Positions 26,042 to 35,739 of a DNA stretch of 45,033 bases are shown one piece after another. The position numbers were made by a program, and so were the translations under genes. The notes under the pieces were generated by a model. That model worked only from the letters and a program-made list of their open reading frames with translations. It ran no database searches and had not been told where the DNA came from. The stretch's first letter is position 1. Each line of letters opens with the position of its first letter. Source of the stretch: a virus (taxonomy: Duplodnaviria > Heunggongvirae > Uroviricota > Caudoviricetes); IMG/VR virus record IMGVR_UViG_3300005527_003200. One strand, written 5' to 3'.

Positions 26042-29000
26042 TTAAGCTATTTGGTCCCAAGCAGACCCGGTCCATAATCTCAAAGCGCCAAAGCTGGTAC
26101 TGTAATAAAGTTGGCCTGTAACAGGGCTTGCTGGATCGCTAGACGCAACGGGTATAATCATTCTGGATGTGGCCTGTACATTTCCACCGGTGACATTCCC
26201 AGCACTTGTCTCACCTGTGACACTTAGGCTAGTCAGTGTTCCTACAGAAGTAATATTGGGTTGTGCCGCAGTGGTCACTGTACCAGCAGTGGTAGCAGAA
26301 GTAGCAGAAGTAGCAGTGGTAGCAGATGACGCACTGGCTGCAAAAATAGCATTGGCTACTGATCCAGTAACATTAGCACCAGGAATGAAAGACAAGCCAG
26401 CGCCTGAGCCAATGAATAGAGCTGCCACTACGTTAGCAGAGGCTGAAATAGTAGTACCACTGATTACATTGGCGCCGGTGATATTACCAGTAGCGCCTGT
26501 GGTAACAAATCCGCCACCAGTGACATTACCAGTAACGGATAAATTGGCCAATGTGCCTAATTGTGTGATGTTGGTCTGTATTGATGTAGTTAGTAATCCG
26601 CTGACCTGGGTTGCTGAAACATTATTGGCAATCACATTTCCTAACGCTGACAAGTTGCCAGATGCTGAAACACTACCGCCGGTGACAATATTGGCACCAT
26701 TGATGTTGCCAGTCACTAGCAAATTATTGGTTATTTTATTAAATTGCAATCCAGATGTGGCATTGGCTGTGTTGTTGTCATTGAACAGCACAAACGTATT
26801 ACCGCCAGGTGCTGTCAAATTACCTGTGACGGTAGTAGCTATAATATTACCCACAAACAACGGTGCAATAACATTGGCAGCAGCAGAAATCTGACCAGTA
26901 GCGGTGTAATTGCCACCACTGATGTTTGCAGCTGAAGTAATGTTTCCAGTAGCAGTGACCAATCCCACAGTGGTTACATTACCACCAATCACGTTGCCTG
27001 TAGAGCTAAACACGCCAGATGAATACATGCTACCACCTGTAACAATGTTGCCACCAATCACGTTGCCTGTACTTGATACTACCCCGCCGGTGTTTATGTT
27101 GCCGCCGGTGACGTTACCTGTGGATGTGATTAGTCCACCTGTGGTTAAGTTTCCACCAATCACATTGGCTGTCACGCTGACAGTTGTGCCAGTGTGATTT
27201 GTAGCAGAAATATTTCCGCCAATGATGTTACCGGTAGCCGTGATCAACCCAGCAGTTCGTATGTTTCCTCCAGTTACGTTGCCTGTGCCAGAAATAGCGC
27301 CAGCAGCTTGCACATCACCTGTGGCGCTGACTGTGCCCTGTGCGTCAATGTTGCCCACAACTAAATTTCCATAGTTGTTGACAGTAACAACTTCACTGGC
27401 AATAGTAACTTGAACTGCGGCAATCAATTTGTCTGCAGAATTGTCGTAACCAATAAATGCTGATCTTTCAGCTGTGGTAAAATACCAAAGTTGTTCACCA
27501 CGGTCCTTACCATCATTGGTTACCAATGGTTGATTGTTTGCAGCTCTACCAATACCAATGATTGGATCCTCAACTGCTAGAGTGGTAACATTGGTATATT
27601 CTGTGTCGCCTGACACAGTTAGGTTACCAGCAATTACTGCGTCACCGCCCACAATAAGACCCGCCGAAGTCACAACATTGGCACCATTTACATTGCCTGC
27701 GGTAGAAATATTGCCGCCAATTATGTTACCACTTATGGTAAACACATTGGAAGTCTTGTCAAAAGTCATTCCAGCACTGGCGTTGGCCAAACCATTATCA
27801 TTAAAAAGAACTTGTGTGTTTGATCCAGCAACTGAAAGATTTCCAGATATGTTACCAACCACATTGCCAATGAAATTTGGAGCAGTTATGTTACCGCTTG
27901 CTGTTACAGTTCCACCAGTAAGCAAGTTGCCACCAGTGATATTGCTCACTGCACTCAACGTGGATCCTACCACCACACTGTTCACAATGTTTGCAGATCC
28001 CAACCCAATTATGTTGTTACCAGTGACGTCGCCTGTGGCACTAACTTGACCAGCTGTTCTTAAATTACCGCCTGTGACGTTGCCACTTGCGGATATAATA
28101 GTGCTGGTGATGTTGTTGGTTGAGCTGATGTTGTTGCCAGTTACGTTGGCATTGGCAACTATATTGGCGCCAGTTATGTCTCCGCTGGCAGTGATTGTGC
28201 CACCAACAGATATCAATCCAACAGTAACAAAGTTGGCGCCAATGATGTTACCTGTTGCTGATACAGTTGCACTGGTTGACAAGTTGTTACTGGTAATATT
28301 TCCTGATCCACCAAGCGCATTGCTTACCACCAATGAATTTAAATCACCAAGCGTGGTCAAACTTGAGTTGATCACGTTAGCACTGAGTGTGGTTCCTGTA
28401 AGCAACGCAGCATTTGAACTAACGCTGATGCCTGTTAATTGACTGCCGTTACCAATGACGTATGCACCTGTAACGTTGCCTGCGGCACTGATTGTGCCAG
28501 TGGCCAACACACTACCTGACAAAATTGCACTGTCACCTATTAAATTGCCAGATGCATTCACAATACCAGTGTTTATGTTTTGTGAAATAATATTGCCAGA
28601 TGAAGAAACTACTCCAGCTGTGGTTAGGTTCCCGCCAACCACATTTCCAGTAGCAGTGAGATTGGCCAGTGTGCCAACTGTGGTAAAACTGGCCGAAGTT
28701 ACGTTGGCACTGAGTACATTTCCAGTCAATAATGCTGCATTGGCCTGGCTAACCACACCAGTAAGTTGACTGCCGTTACCAATATAAAATCCGCCGGCGC
28801 TGATGTTGCCAGTGGCACTGATTGCTGAGTTTGCTAATAATGTGCCTTTTACTGTGGCACCTGTGCCCGAAACAACCAGCACGTTTGCAACGTTGGCTGC
28901 ACTCACACTAACTGTTGAATTTTCAACAATTTGAATGTTTGAAGTACCGTTAGCAATGCCCGAAATACCACCAATATTGTAGAGTTCTGTAAAATTGTCA

Positions 29001-29083
29001 TTGACAATTGTGAACGCTGTTCTCAGTGGTGATCCGGTGCCGTCGTTGGCAGTATTGCCAGTATCAATAAATTGTTGTGCCAT
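26042..29083 (-). CDS. Long tail-fibre-like protein with T4 gp9/gp10-like N-terminus and many TGN repeats
   Basis: IDTGNTANDGTGSPLRTAFTIVNDNFTELY; dozens of ATGN(V/I)xGGN repeats; C-terminal GQLYYS...WTGSAW. Confidence 0.8.
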   Translation of the reverse strand: MAQQFIDTGNTANDGTGSPLRTAFTIVNDNFTELYNIGGISGIANGTSNIQIVENSTVSVSAANVANVLVVSGTGATVKGTLLANSAISATGNISAGGFYIGNGSQLTGVVSQANAALLTGNVLSANVTSASFTTVGTLANLTATGNVVGGNLTTAGVVSSSGNIISQNINTGIVNASGNLIGDSAILSGSVLATGTISAAGNVTGAYVIGNGSQLTGISVSSNAALLTGTTLSANVINSSLTTLGDLNSLVVSNALGGSGNITSNNLSTSATVSATGNIIGANFVTVGLISVGGTITASGDITGANIVANANVTGNNISSTNNITSTIISASGNVTGGNLRTAGQVSATGDVTGNNIIGLGSANIVNSVVVGSTLSAVSNITGGNLLTGGTVTASGNITAPNFIGNVVGNISGNLSVAGSNTQVLFNDNGLANASAGMTFDKTSNVFTISGNIIGGNISTAGNVNGANVVTSAGLIVGGDAVIAGNLTVSGDTEYTNVTTLAVEDPIIGIGRAANNQPLVTNDGKDRGEQLWYFTTAERSAFIGYDNSADKLIAAVQVTIASEVVTVNNYGNLVVGNIDAQGTVSATGDVQAAGAISGTGNVTGGNIRTAGLITATGNIIGGNISATNHTGTTVSVTANVIGGNLTTGGLITSTGNVTGGNINTGGVVSSTGNVIGGNIVTGGSMYSSGVFSSTGNVIGGNVTTVGLVTATGNITSAANISGGNYTATGQISAAANVIAPLFVGNIIATTVTGNLTAPGGNTFVLFNDNNTANATSGLQFNKITNNLLVTGNINGANIVTGGSVSASGNLSALGNVIANNVSATQVSGLLTTSIQTNITQLGTLANLSVTGNVTGGGFVTTGATGNITGANVISGTTISASANVVAALFIGSGAGLSFIPGANVTGSVANAIFAASASSATTATSATSATTAGTVTTAAQPNITSVGTLTSLSVTGETSAGNVTGGNVQATSRMIIPVASSDPASPVTGQLYYSTSFGALRLWTGSAWDQIA

Positions 29084-29101
29084 AATCCAGTCCTAGTAAG
29101 C

Positions 29102-29132
29102 TATTTACCAAAACTCTGTGCACCGCTAAATA
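29102..29132. promoter_or_regulatory. Divergent TAAATA late-promoter pair
   Basis: tattta at 29102-29107 (minus) and taaata at 29127-29132 (plus), each followed by an RBS and a fibre gene. Confidence 0.7.
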
Positions 29133-29151
29133 CACCAGCTCGGAGTAAACA

Positions 29152-31419
29152 ATGTCATATATCATCAATAACAGCAGAGGACAAACAATTGCTGTGGTCC
29201 CAGACGGCACTATTAACACCACTAGCACTAGTTTGAATCTAGTAGGTCGTGCTGTGTCTAGTTATGGCACGGCAGAAAACGAAAACTATGTGTTTTTGTT
29301 GGAAAACTTTGCCAATGATACTGGACCATTGCAACCAATTTTAGGACAACTTTGGTACAATTCCAGTACTGATGTTATTTCTGTATACAGTTCTGGCAAT
29401 ACTTTCACTGCATTGGCCAGCCAAGATTATGTGCAAGCTCAAAAAATCAGTCCTGCTTTTACTGGAGTTCCCACAGCACCCACAGCCGCTGCCGGCACAG
29501 CCAACACACAATTAGCAACCACTGCATTTGTTTCCAACAGTCCACAATTAAGTGGCGTGCCCACTGCTCCTACTGCTGCGGCTGGCACAGCAACCACACA
29601 GATTGCAACCACAGCATTTGTTTCCAACAGTCCACAATTGAGTGGTGTGCCCACAGCACCCACTGCCTCATCGGGTACAGCAACCACACAGATTGCAACC
29701 ACAGCATTTGTAACTGCTGGACCAGCCTTTGCAGGCATACCCACTGCACCAACACCAGCAAATGTGTCTAACAACACTCAATTGGCTACCACTGAGTTTG
29801 TGCAAAATCAAAAAGACAGTCCAGCGTTGGTTGGGATTCCCACTGCGCCTACCGCAGCCGCTGGAACCAACACTTCGCAGTTGGCCACTACTGCTTTTGT
29901 TCAAGGCGAAAAAGTAAGTCCAGCATTTTTGGGAGTGCCCACAGCACCAACCGCAGTGGTAGGCACAGCCAACACTCAATTGGCCACCACTGGGTTTGTT
30001 TACAGTGTAACTGGTAACTTGGGAACAGCCAGTCAGCAAAATGCCAACGCTATTGCAATCACTGGTGGAACAATAACAGGTATCACTCCACTGGCTATTA
30101 TTGATGGCGGCACCGGCGGAAACACTGCTGCCACAGCTAGATCCAGTTTAGGACTTGGATCAGTATCACAACAAGATGCCAACGCAGTTGCAATTTCAGG
30201 TGGCGAGATAACTGGCATTATTGACTTGGCAGTGGCCGATGGCGGCACTGGGGCAAGTACCGCAGCTGGCGCCAGAACCAATTTGGGACTAGGAACAATA
30301 TCCACACAAAATTCCACTGCTGTAAACATCACAGGTGGTACAATTACAGGCATCACTCCATTGGCCATAAGTGCAGGTGGTACTGGGGGATTCGACGTTG
30401 TTTCTGCTAGAGACAATCTTGGACTTGGTACTATTGCTATTCAGCAGTCCAATGCAGTTGCAATCACTGGTGGTGCAATTGAAGGTGTAACCATACAAAG
30501 TTTAGCAACACCATTGCCTATTGCCAGCGGCGGAACTGGTGCAACCAGTAATGTTAATGCTCGAATTAATCTGGGTCTTAACAGCATGGCCACACAGGCT
30601 TCTGACAATGTCACTATTACTGGTGGTCAAATAAGCGGTATCAGTGCTATTGCAATTGTATCTGGCGGAACTGGCGCAACCACTGAGGTGCAAGCCAGAA
30701 CCAATTTGGGCCTTGGTACCATGGCCACTCAAAATTCGTCAAACATCACCATCACTGGCGGTACCATCACAGGCATCACTCCGTTGTCAATTGCACAAGG
30801 TGGCACCGGTGCATCAGACTCGGCCGGCGCTAGAAGTAATTTGGGATTGGAAACTGGTGCTACCACAAACGTAGGCACCATGGCCACTCAAAATGCCAAT
30901 GCAGTAACTATTGAAGGCGGTTCTATTACTGGTATCACTCCATTGACAATTCCCAATGGCGGTACCGGAGCGTCCACAGCAGGCAATGCTAGAGCAGCTC
31001 TTGGCATTCCTGATTTCCCACTGTCTCTTCTAAATGGTGGTACAGGTGCCACCACTGCGGCCGGTGCAAGAACTGCATTGCAGTTAGAGTCTGGCGCTAC
31101 TACTACAGTAGGGACAATGGCCACTCAAAATGCCAATAGTGTGGCCATCACTGGCGGCTACATAACTACATTGACTGCACCAATACCTATCGAATCTGGT
31201 GGAACAAATGGAGCCACAGCAGCAGCCGCAAGAACAAGTCTAGGGGTTCCTCCATTAACTAGAGCTATCAATACAGGCAATGGGCTGGCTGGAGGCGGCA
31301 ACTTGGCATCTGATCTCACACTCAGTATTGCAACAAACAGCAATGGCTATGGTGTAAGATACATTTCGTTTGATCTTCCAACTGGTGGTAATGACGGCGA
31401 CGTTTGGTATCAAATTTAA
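29152..31419 (+). CDS. Tail-fibre protein with two repeat families
   Basis: N-terminal DGTIN...LVG...YG...ENF...GQLWY; SPxxxGxPTAPT repeats; GGTGA...ARxxLG repeats; C-terminal GGNDGDVWYQI. Confidence 0.85.
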   Translation: MSYIINNSRGQTIAVVPDGTINTTSTSLNLVGRAVSSYGTAENENYVFLLENFANDTGPLQPILGQLWYNSSTDVISVYSSGNTFTALASQDYVQAQKISPAFTGVPTAPTAAAGTANTQLATTAFVSNSPQLSGVPTAPTAAAGTATTQIATTAFVSNSPQLSGVPTAPTASSGTATTQIATTAFVTAGPAFAGIPTAPTPANVSNNTQLATTEFVQNQKDSPALVGIPTAPTAAAGTNTSQLATTAFVQGEKVSPAFLGVPTAPTAVVGTANTQLATTGFVYSVTGNLGTASQQNANAIAITGGTITGITPLAIIDGGTGGNTAATARSSLGLGSVSQQDANAVAISGGEITGIIDLAVADGGTGASTAAGARTNLGLGTISTQNSTAVNITGGTITGITPLAISAGGTGGFDVVSARDNLGLGTIAIQQSNAVAITGGAIEGVTIQSLATPLPIASGGTGATSNVNARINLGLNSMATQASDNVTITGGQISGISAIAIVSGGTGATTEVQARTNLGLGTMATQNSSNITITGGTITGITPLSIAQGGTGASDSAGARSNLGLETGATTNVGTMATQNANAVTIEGGSITGITPLTIPNGGTGASTAGNARAALGIPDFPLSLLNGGTGATTAAGARTALQLESGATTTVGTMATQNANSVAITGGYITTLTAPIPIESGGTNGATAAAARTSLGVPPLTRAINTGNGLAGGGNLASDLTLSIATNSNGYGVRYISFDLPTGGNDGDVWYQI
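29449..30003 (+). repeat. Six ~30-aa SPxxxG(V/I)PTAPT...TQ(L/I)ATTxFV coding repeats
   Basis: Near-identical DNA at a 90-nt period (29521, 29611, 29701). Confidence 0.9.
30016..31257 (+). repeat. About nine ~45-aa TQNxxxVxITGG...GGTGAxxxxxARxxLG coding repeats
   Basis: Read directly from the translation. Confidence 0.88.
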
Positions 31420-31422
31420 TAT

Positions 31423-33630
31423 ATGGCAGAAGTAATAAGAGAAGCAGGGTACACTGGGTTTGTCCAGAGATTGACCTGGGTGCATGGCAACGCTGTGCCT
31501 GTGACTGCATACTTGTGGGGCGGTGGTGGTGCAGGCGGCGCTAGGGCGCCAACTGGGTCATTTACAACCAGTTATCAAGGCGATATTCAGCAGGATCCTT
31601 GGTTTGGTCCACTGATACCAAATAAATCTGGTTATTATGAACTTGGTTATAACGTTTTTAACGAAGGACCAGAAACCTATTACCCAATAGCATGGGTTGT
31701 GGTAATAAATGGAATTATAGTTTATGGTTCTCCAGTTCCGCCACCGCCACCTGCACCAAATCCAGCCAGACTTAATAATCCACCACCCACAATCCTGGCT
31801 AACCCAACAACGTTTCAAGGCGTAACAATATACACACAAAATGGAGTACAGTCTCCGTATTTTGTGAAAGTTTACGATTTTGATTATACCACGTACACAA
31901 GTGGCGCAGCAGTAGGCGGCACCGGCGGCGGCGGTGCGTATGCACAGGTTAATTTTACCATCAACGAAGGTGACATACTTGATGTTGCAGTAGGACAAGG
32001 TGGTGGTGCCGGCGGCGTCACTGCATTGGCCTCTGGAATAACACCAGGCGGCGAAGCTGGTGCTGGTTTACTTACATCGAGTCTTTTTAACACTGTTACT
32101 AACACTGCCTCCCCACCTGTTTATCGTGAATTCAGTCCGACCTACTGCACATTTTTAAACAATTACGGAGTTTGGGTAGACCCGCCTTCGGCATCAGTGT
32201 TTGACAGAACATATACCGTGGCATTTCCGTCGACTGGCAACTATCAATTTACCATATGCTCTAATGGACGAGCAGATTTTTATGTAGATGGTGAATTTGC
32301 GGCATTCAGTTATGATCCACAAATTCCCTGGACTGTGGGAGTTATTGTTACAGCTGGCAATAGAACTATTAGAATAGTGTCAACTGCTGCTACCGGCAAA
32401 CGAGGCGCCGTTGCATTAGTTATTGGATCTGGTGTTAATTATGCCGGTGCCCGGGGCGGTGATGGAATAGCAGGTGGTGGCGGAGCCGGGGGTGGCGGCG
32501 GCGCTACAATAATTTTAAAGAATGATGTGATAATTGGTGCAGCCGGTGGCGGAGGCGGAGGCGGAGCTGGTGGTATCACCAGTGCAGGTGCTAGTGCTCC
32601 GGGCGCACGCGGTCAGAATGCCGCAGGATTTTTTGCTGGTCAAAATGGCACCAGCAGAGTGTATTATAATGGCGGTGGCTGCGGCGGAGGCGGTGGCGGC
32701 ATCACAGGTGGCCGTGGTGGTGCATCCCCAGGTGCAGGCGGCGACGGCGGCACATCAGGATCATTTGGTGGCAGCACTGGAATTGAAGTGCAAAATCCTT
32801 CGGGTAGAACTCCTGGTGGCACAACCAACATTTATTATCGAGCAGGTGTTGCATTAGGTGGACAGTCTCAAGCCGTTGTTGGCAATCTTGAAGGAAATGG
32901 CAGAAACGGCTATGCGGTATTTGTGTTTGAAGTGCCGGACATACATGTAAAAACTGCTGGCACATGGAATCCAGTGACCAAAACTTTTGTAAAATATACT
33001 GGACTATGGCGCTTGGCTAAGAAAAAATTTATAAAAATAAACGGCGAATGGGTACCAACAATTGCATCAACCAGTCCGGTGTTTGCAAATTATCTTGGCC
33101 TTGGAACAAATCCATTGCCAGCAGATTTTGAAGAATTACCACCACCTCCTCCACCAAGTGGCGGCGGAGATGGGTATGGCGGTTGGGACGGTGGTGGAGG
33201 AGGTGGTGGTGGCAAAGTGATCTGTACAGCACTGTACGAACTTGGCTACATGGAAAAAGAAATATTTGAATACGACCAAGCCTATGGTTTATGGTTGTAT
33301 CAAAATGATTTTGTGTCTTATCGTGGCTACAGAGCCTGGGCTGATGTACTTGTACAATATGTCAAAGGGCAAGGTCGACCCATGTTGCCTAAATTGTTAT
33401 TCTGGAAAACCGCTGATGAACAACAACGATTGAGTCAGCAGTTGGCCATATCACTAGCACGAGTCATCGGTGGCGCATTCTCTAAAGAAATTGCTCGACG
33501 TGCTGGGCACAACATTCCATTCAGCATTGGAGGATGGGCATGTGTGACTGTGGGTCTTGCAGTTAACAAAGCCATTGGTTATATTGTAAAGAAAATTAAA
33601 AAGACCAGTACTATTGATTACAAGGAATAA
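31423..33630 (+). CDS. Gly-rich tail-tip/receptor-binding-like protein with a distinct C-terminal KVICT domain
   Basis: WGGGGAGG and GGGGAY...VAVGQGG Gly-rich domains, PA14-like central part, VK-x-x-G-x-W motifs, Pro/Gly linker, then GGGKVICTALYELG. Confidence 0.75.
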   Translation: MAEVIREAGYTGFVQRLTWVHGNAVPVTAYLWGGGGAGGARAPTGSFTTSYQGDIQQDPWFGPLIPNKSGYYELGYNVFNEGPETYYPIAWVVVINGIIVYGSPVPPPPPAPNPARLNNPPPTILANPTTFQGVTIYTQNGVQSPYFVKVYDFDYTTYTSGAAVGGTGGGGAYAQVNFTINEGDILDVAVGQGGGAGGVTALASGITPGGEAGAGLLTSSLFNTVTNTASPPVYREFSPTYCTFLNNYGVWVDPPSASVFDRTYTVAFPSTGNYQFTICSNGRADFYVDGEFAAFSYDPQIPWTVGVIVTAGNRTIRIVSTAATGKRGAVALVIGSGVNYAGARGGDGIAGGGGAGGGGGATIILKNDVIIGAAGGGGGGGAGGITSAGASAPGARGQNAAGFFAGQNGTSRVYYNGGGCGGGGGGITGGRGGASPGAGGDGGTSGSFGGSTGIEVQNPSGRTPGGTTNIYYRAGVALGGQSQAVVGNLEGNGRNGYAVFVFEVPDIHVKTAGTWNPVTKTFVKYTGLWRLAKKKFIKINGEWVPTIASTSPVFANYLGLGTNPLPADFEELPPPPPPSGGGDGYGGWDGGGGGGGGKVICTALYELGYMEKEIFEYDQAYGLWLYQNDFVSYRGYRAWADVLVQYVKGQGRPMLPKLLFWKTADEQQRLSQQLAISLARVIGGAFSKEIARRAGHNIPFSIGGWACVTVGLAVNKAIGYIVKKIKKTSTIDYKE

Positions 33631-33631
33631 T

Positions 33632-33877
33632 ATGTTTACCATACAAGAACTTACACAGAAATTTCATGCGCTTGATGACAGCACAAAAGACAAGGTGTTT
33701 GAACAGGTGACCAAGAACGCAGCTCAGTATAATGAAATTATACCCAACGTCCCATTATTTCTTTACATACTGCAAGGTGATGGTGGTGTTCCTGTGTGGG
33801 CCAAAAACAGTTCAATTCTGTTGCAGTATAAGGCTTGGGCATCAAACCCAAAAAATCGATCTAAACTGCAAAGCTAG
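33632..33877 (+). CDS. Small hypothetical protein, last gene of the plus-strand tail block
   Basis: Likely start ATG at 33632, 1 nt after the upstream stop, with an AAGGA RBS. Confidence 0.65.
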   Translation: MFTIQELTQKFHALDDSTKDKVFEQVTKNAAQYNEIIPNVPLFLYILQGDGGVPVWAKNSSILLQYKAWASNPKNRSKLQS

Positions 33878-34181
33878 ATCCACAACCACAGGTTGAAGAA
33901 GCCTGTGGATTGTTGATTACAAAACTGGCACTCATCAAATCTTCTTTGTAGTCAATTGATGCGCCGTTGAGATATTGCATGCTCATAGCATCCACAACTA
34001 CCTTGACTTCATCATATGCAAAGTCAAAATCATCTTCGTTTTTGGTTTCTTCAAATGTGAATCCATAACTGAATCCTGAACAGCCGCCGCCCTGCACAAA
34101 CACTCTGAGCATGAGATTAGGGTTATTTTCTTCAGCAATCAGTTCGCGTAATTTTGACACAGCACCAGTTTCTAAATTCAT
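33861..34181 (-). CDS. erpA: A-type Fe-S cluster carrier (ErpA/IscA, HesB family)
   Basis: [17 protein letters not shown] and CGCGSSF; start MNLETG at 34181 overlaps the SOD stop (TAATG). Confidence 0.93.
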   Translation of the reverse strand: MNLETGAVSKLRELIAEENNPNLMLRVFVQGGGCSGFSYGFTFEETKNEDDFDFAYDEVKVVVDAMSMQYLNGASIDYKEDLMSASFVINNPQASSTCGCGSSFAV

Positions 34182-34729
34182 TATAGTCTTTCGTTGCAAA
34201 CGTCCCAGTTGATTATCTTCCACACGTTGTTGAGATAACCTTCTTTGTCCGCTTGATAATCTAACGCCCATGCATGTTCCCACCAGTCTACCAAACAGCA
34301 GATGTCTGTGCGTACAGCATGATTGGCGATGGTCTTGATGTCACCACCAGTACTCAAATACACCCAACCTGATCCTTGGATCTTCATGGCAGTTTCTTTG
34401 AACTGCTCCTTGAAGTCTTCCCAAGTTTTAAATTTTTCTTCTATCAACGCGAGTACTGCGCCGCGGGGACGGTTGGTAGCTTTAGGAGCCCTAAGCTGAG
34501 GGAAGAACTTATTGTGTAAAAAACTGCCAGCACGATTAAAATCCGCATTGCCTTCTCCTGCGTTGTAACGCTTTGCATAGCCTTTGGCCAAGTGGTCAAA
34601 GTGATAGTCTATTGTGGCTCGGCTCATCACAGGCTCAAGATCCTTGATGCCGTAGGGCAAAGGAGTGGTTTCCAGTTTTGCCGGACGTGTGCTTGCTTCT
34701 ACAAGATTGATGTGATTGCGAATTTCCAT
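34181..34729 (-). CDS. sod: Fe/Mn superoxide dismutase
   Basis: [13 protein letters not shown]...YH, FLHNKFF, GSGW, DWWEHAW: all four metal ligands appear present. Confidence 0.92.
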   Translation of the reverse strand: MEIRNHINLVEASTRPAKLETTPLPYGIKDLEPVMSRATIDYHFDHLAKGYAKRYNAGEGNADFNRAGSFLHNKFFPQLRAPKATNRPRGAVLALIEEKFKTWEDFKEQFKETAMKIQGSGWVYLSTGGDIKTIANHAVRTDICCLVDWWEHAWALDYQADKEGYLNNVWKIINWDVCNERL

Positions 34730-34734
34730 AAACT

Positions 34735-34740
34735 TATTTA
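34735..34740 (-). promoter_or_regulatory. TAAATA box overlapping the upstream stop, 5 nt before the sod ATG
   Basis: AAA-TAAATA-AGTTT-ATG, no SD. Confidence 0.62.
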
Positions 34741-35739
34741 TTTTGCAATGTCGGCAATTTCTGCAATCTCAGTTATTTCGCCAGTGTAAAAAAACACCAG
34801 TTTTTCGTTAGGGGTTTTATAACAACTTTTTTGTGGGTCCACCCAAGGTACTAGTTTTTCTAAATCCAGTGGTTCTTCAATGTTGTAGACCCATGCTTGT
34901 ACAGGTTCGTTTTTCAATCTAACTGAATCTCTGTTCCACTGCCCCAACAACATGCCATAACTAAAACTCCACTCTTGTGGTTTTCGATGCACAAAATTTA
35001 CTTTCCAAACTTCTGGATTGTATCTAATCAATGGCACAGTTTCTTCAGTGCAATGCACTTCGATGGTGATGGGTGTGGGTTTTTGTTCAGTCCAGTCTTT
35101 ACAAAAACGACGCCACCAGGTTTGTATTTGCATGCCCGTGGCCAACTGTGTTTGTAAAAACTGAGGAATGTATTCTGGATCGTATTTGGTATGACGAACA
35201 ATTGTACGGTCCAGGCGCATTTGTTGAGCCACATCATCAAAATGCATTTCTATTCCATGGTCAACATTGTCTAGTCCCAACATCTGTTCAAAATGTTCAG
35301 TTGACTCGATCAACGTACCAGGTCCCCATTGCGTAAAATTTGATTTAGGAGTACCGTACACAATTACTGGAATATTTTCAGCTGGCAATCCATTCAAGAT
35401 CAACGCTGCCAGTCGATTGTTGCCCACAGTAACATCGCCGGTGTCACACATCACAAATGGAGGAAAGAAAAACTTTTCTCGGCGGTACTTGTATGTCATG
35501 TCGTTTATTTTGCTAATTTTTCTTGACGCATCAGCATCATCAGACTCTATTGCAGTTTTGACCACACTGTTGAAACAAGTTTCTACATATGAATCATAAA
35601 ACGCCTGGGGAATCCCAGTCAAATAATACATTTTGAGATCAGGCATGGTTTCAAGCCAGCCGGTTCCATATTTGCGAACTATGTAGCTTGGACCGTTTTT
35701 TTGATCGGTAAGATATTGTATGCTTTCTTTTACTGACAT
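34738..35739 (-). CDS. Hypothetical protein
   Basis: Long ORF; likely start MSVKESIQ at 35739 (TAATG overlap). Confidence 0.75.
   Translation of the reverse strand: MSVKESIQYLTDQKNGPSYIVRKYGTGWLETMPDLKMYYLTGIPQAFYDSYVETCFNSVVKTAIESDDADASRKISKINDMTYKYRREKFFFPPFVMCDTGDVTVGNNRLAALILNGLPAENIPVIVYGTPKSNFTQWGPGTLIESTEHFEQMLGLDNVDHGIEMHFDDVAQQMRLDRTIVRHTKYDPEYIPQFLQTQLATGMQIQTWWRRFCKDWTEQKPTPITIEVHCTEETVPLIRYNPEVWKVNFVHRKPQEWSFSYGMLLGQWNRDSVRLKNEPVQAWVYNIEEPLDLEKLVPWVDPQKSCYKTPNEKLVFFYTGEITEIAEIADIAK

Noticed and set aside
26169-28769. Series of long plus-strand ORFs opposite the TGN fibre gene
   Set aside because: Stop-poor antisense frames produced by the repetitive codon usage of the real gene.
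29449-29790. 90-nt periodic DNA repeats as a possible CRISPR array
   Set aside because: In-frame coding repeats with no unique spacers, no constant palindromic repeat and no cas genes.
26042-33630. Diversity-generating retroelement or invertible tail-fibre switch
   Set aside because: No reverse transcriptase, no template/variable repeat pair differing at adenines, and no invertase or flanking inverted repeats seen.
33214-33630. Intein/Hint domain at the tail-protein C-terminus
   Set aside because: Cys follows a Gly linker, but no Hint block B (TxxH) or terminal HN motif is present; kept only as an unknown domain.
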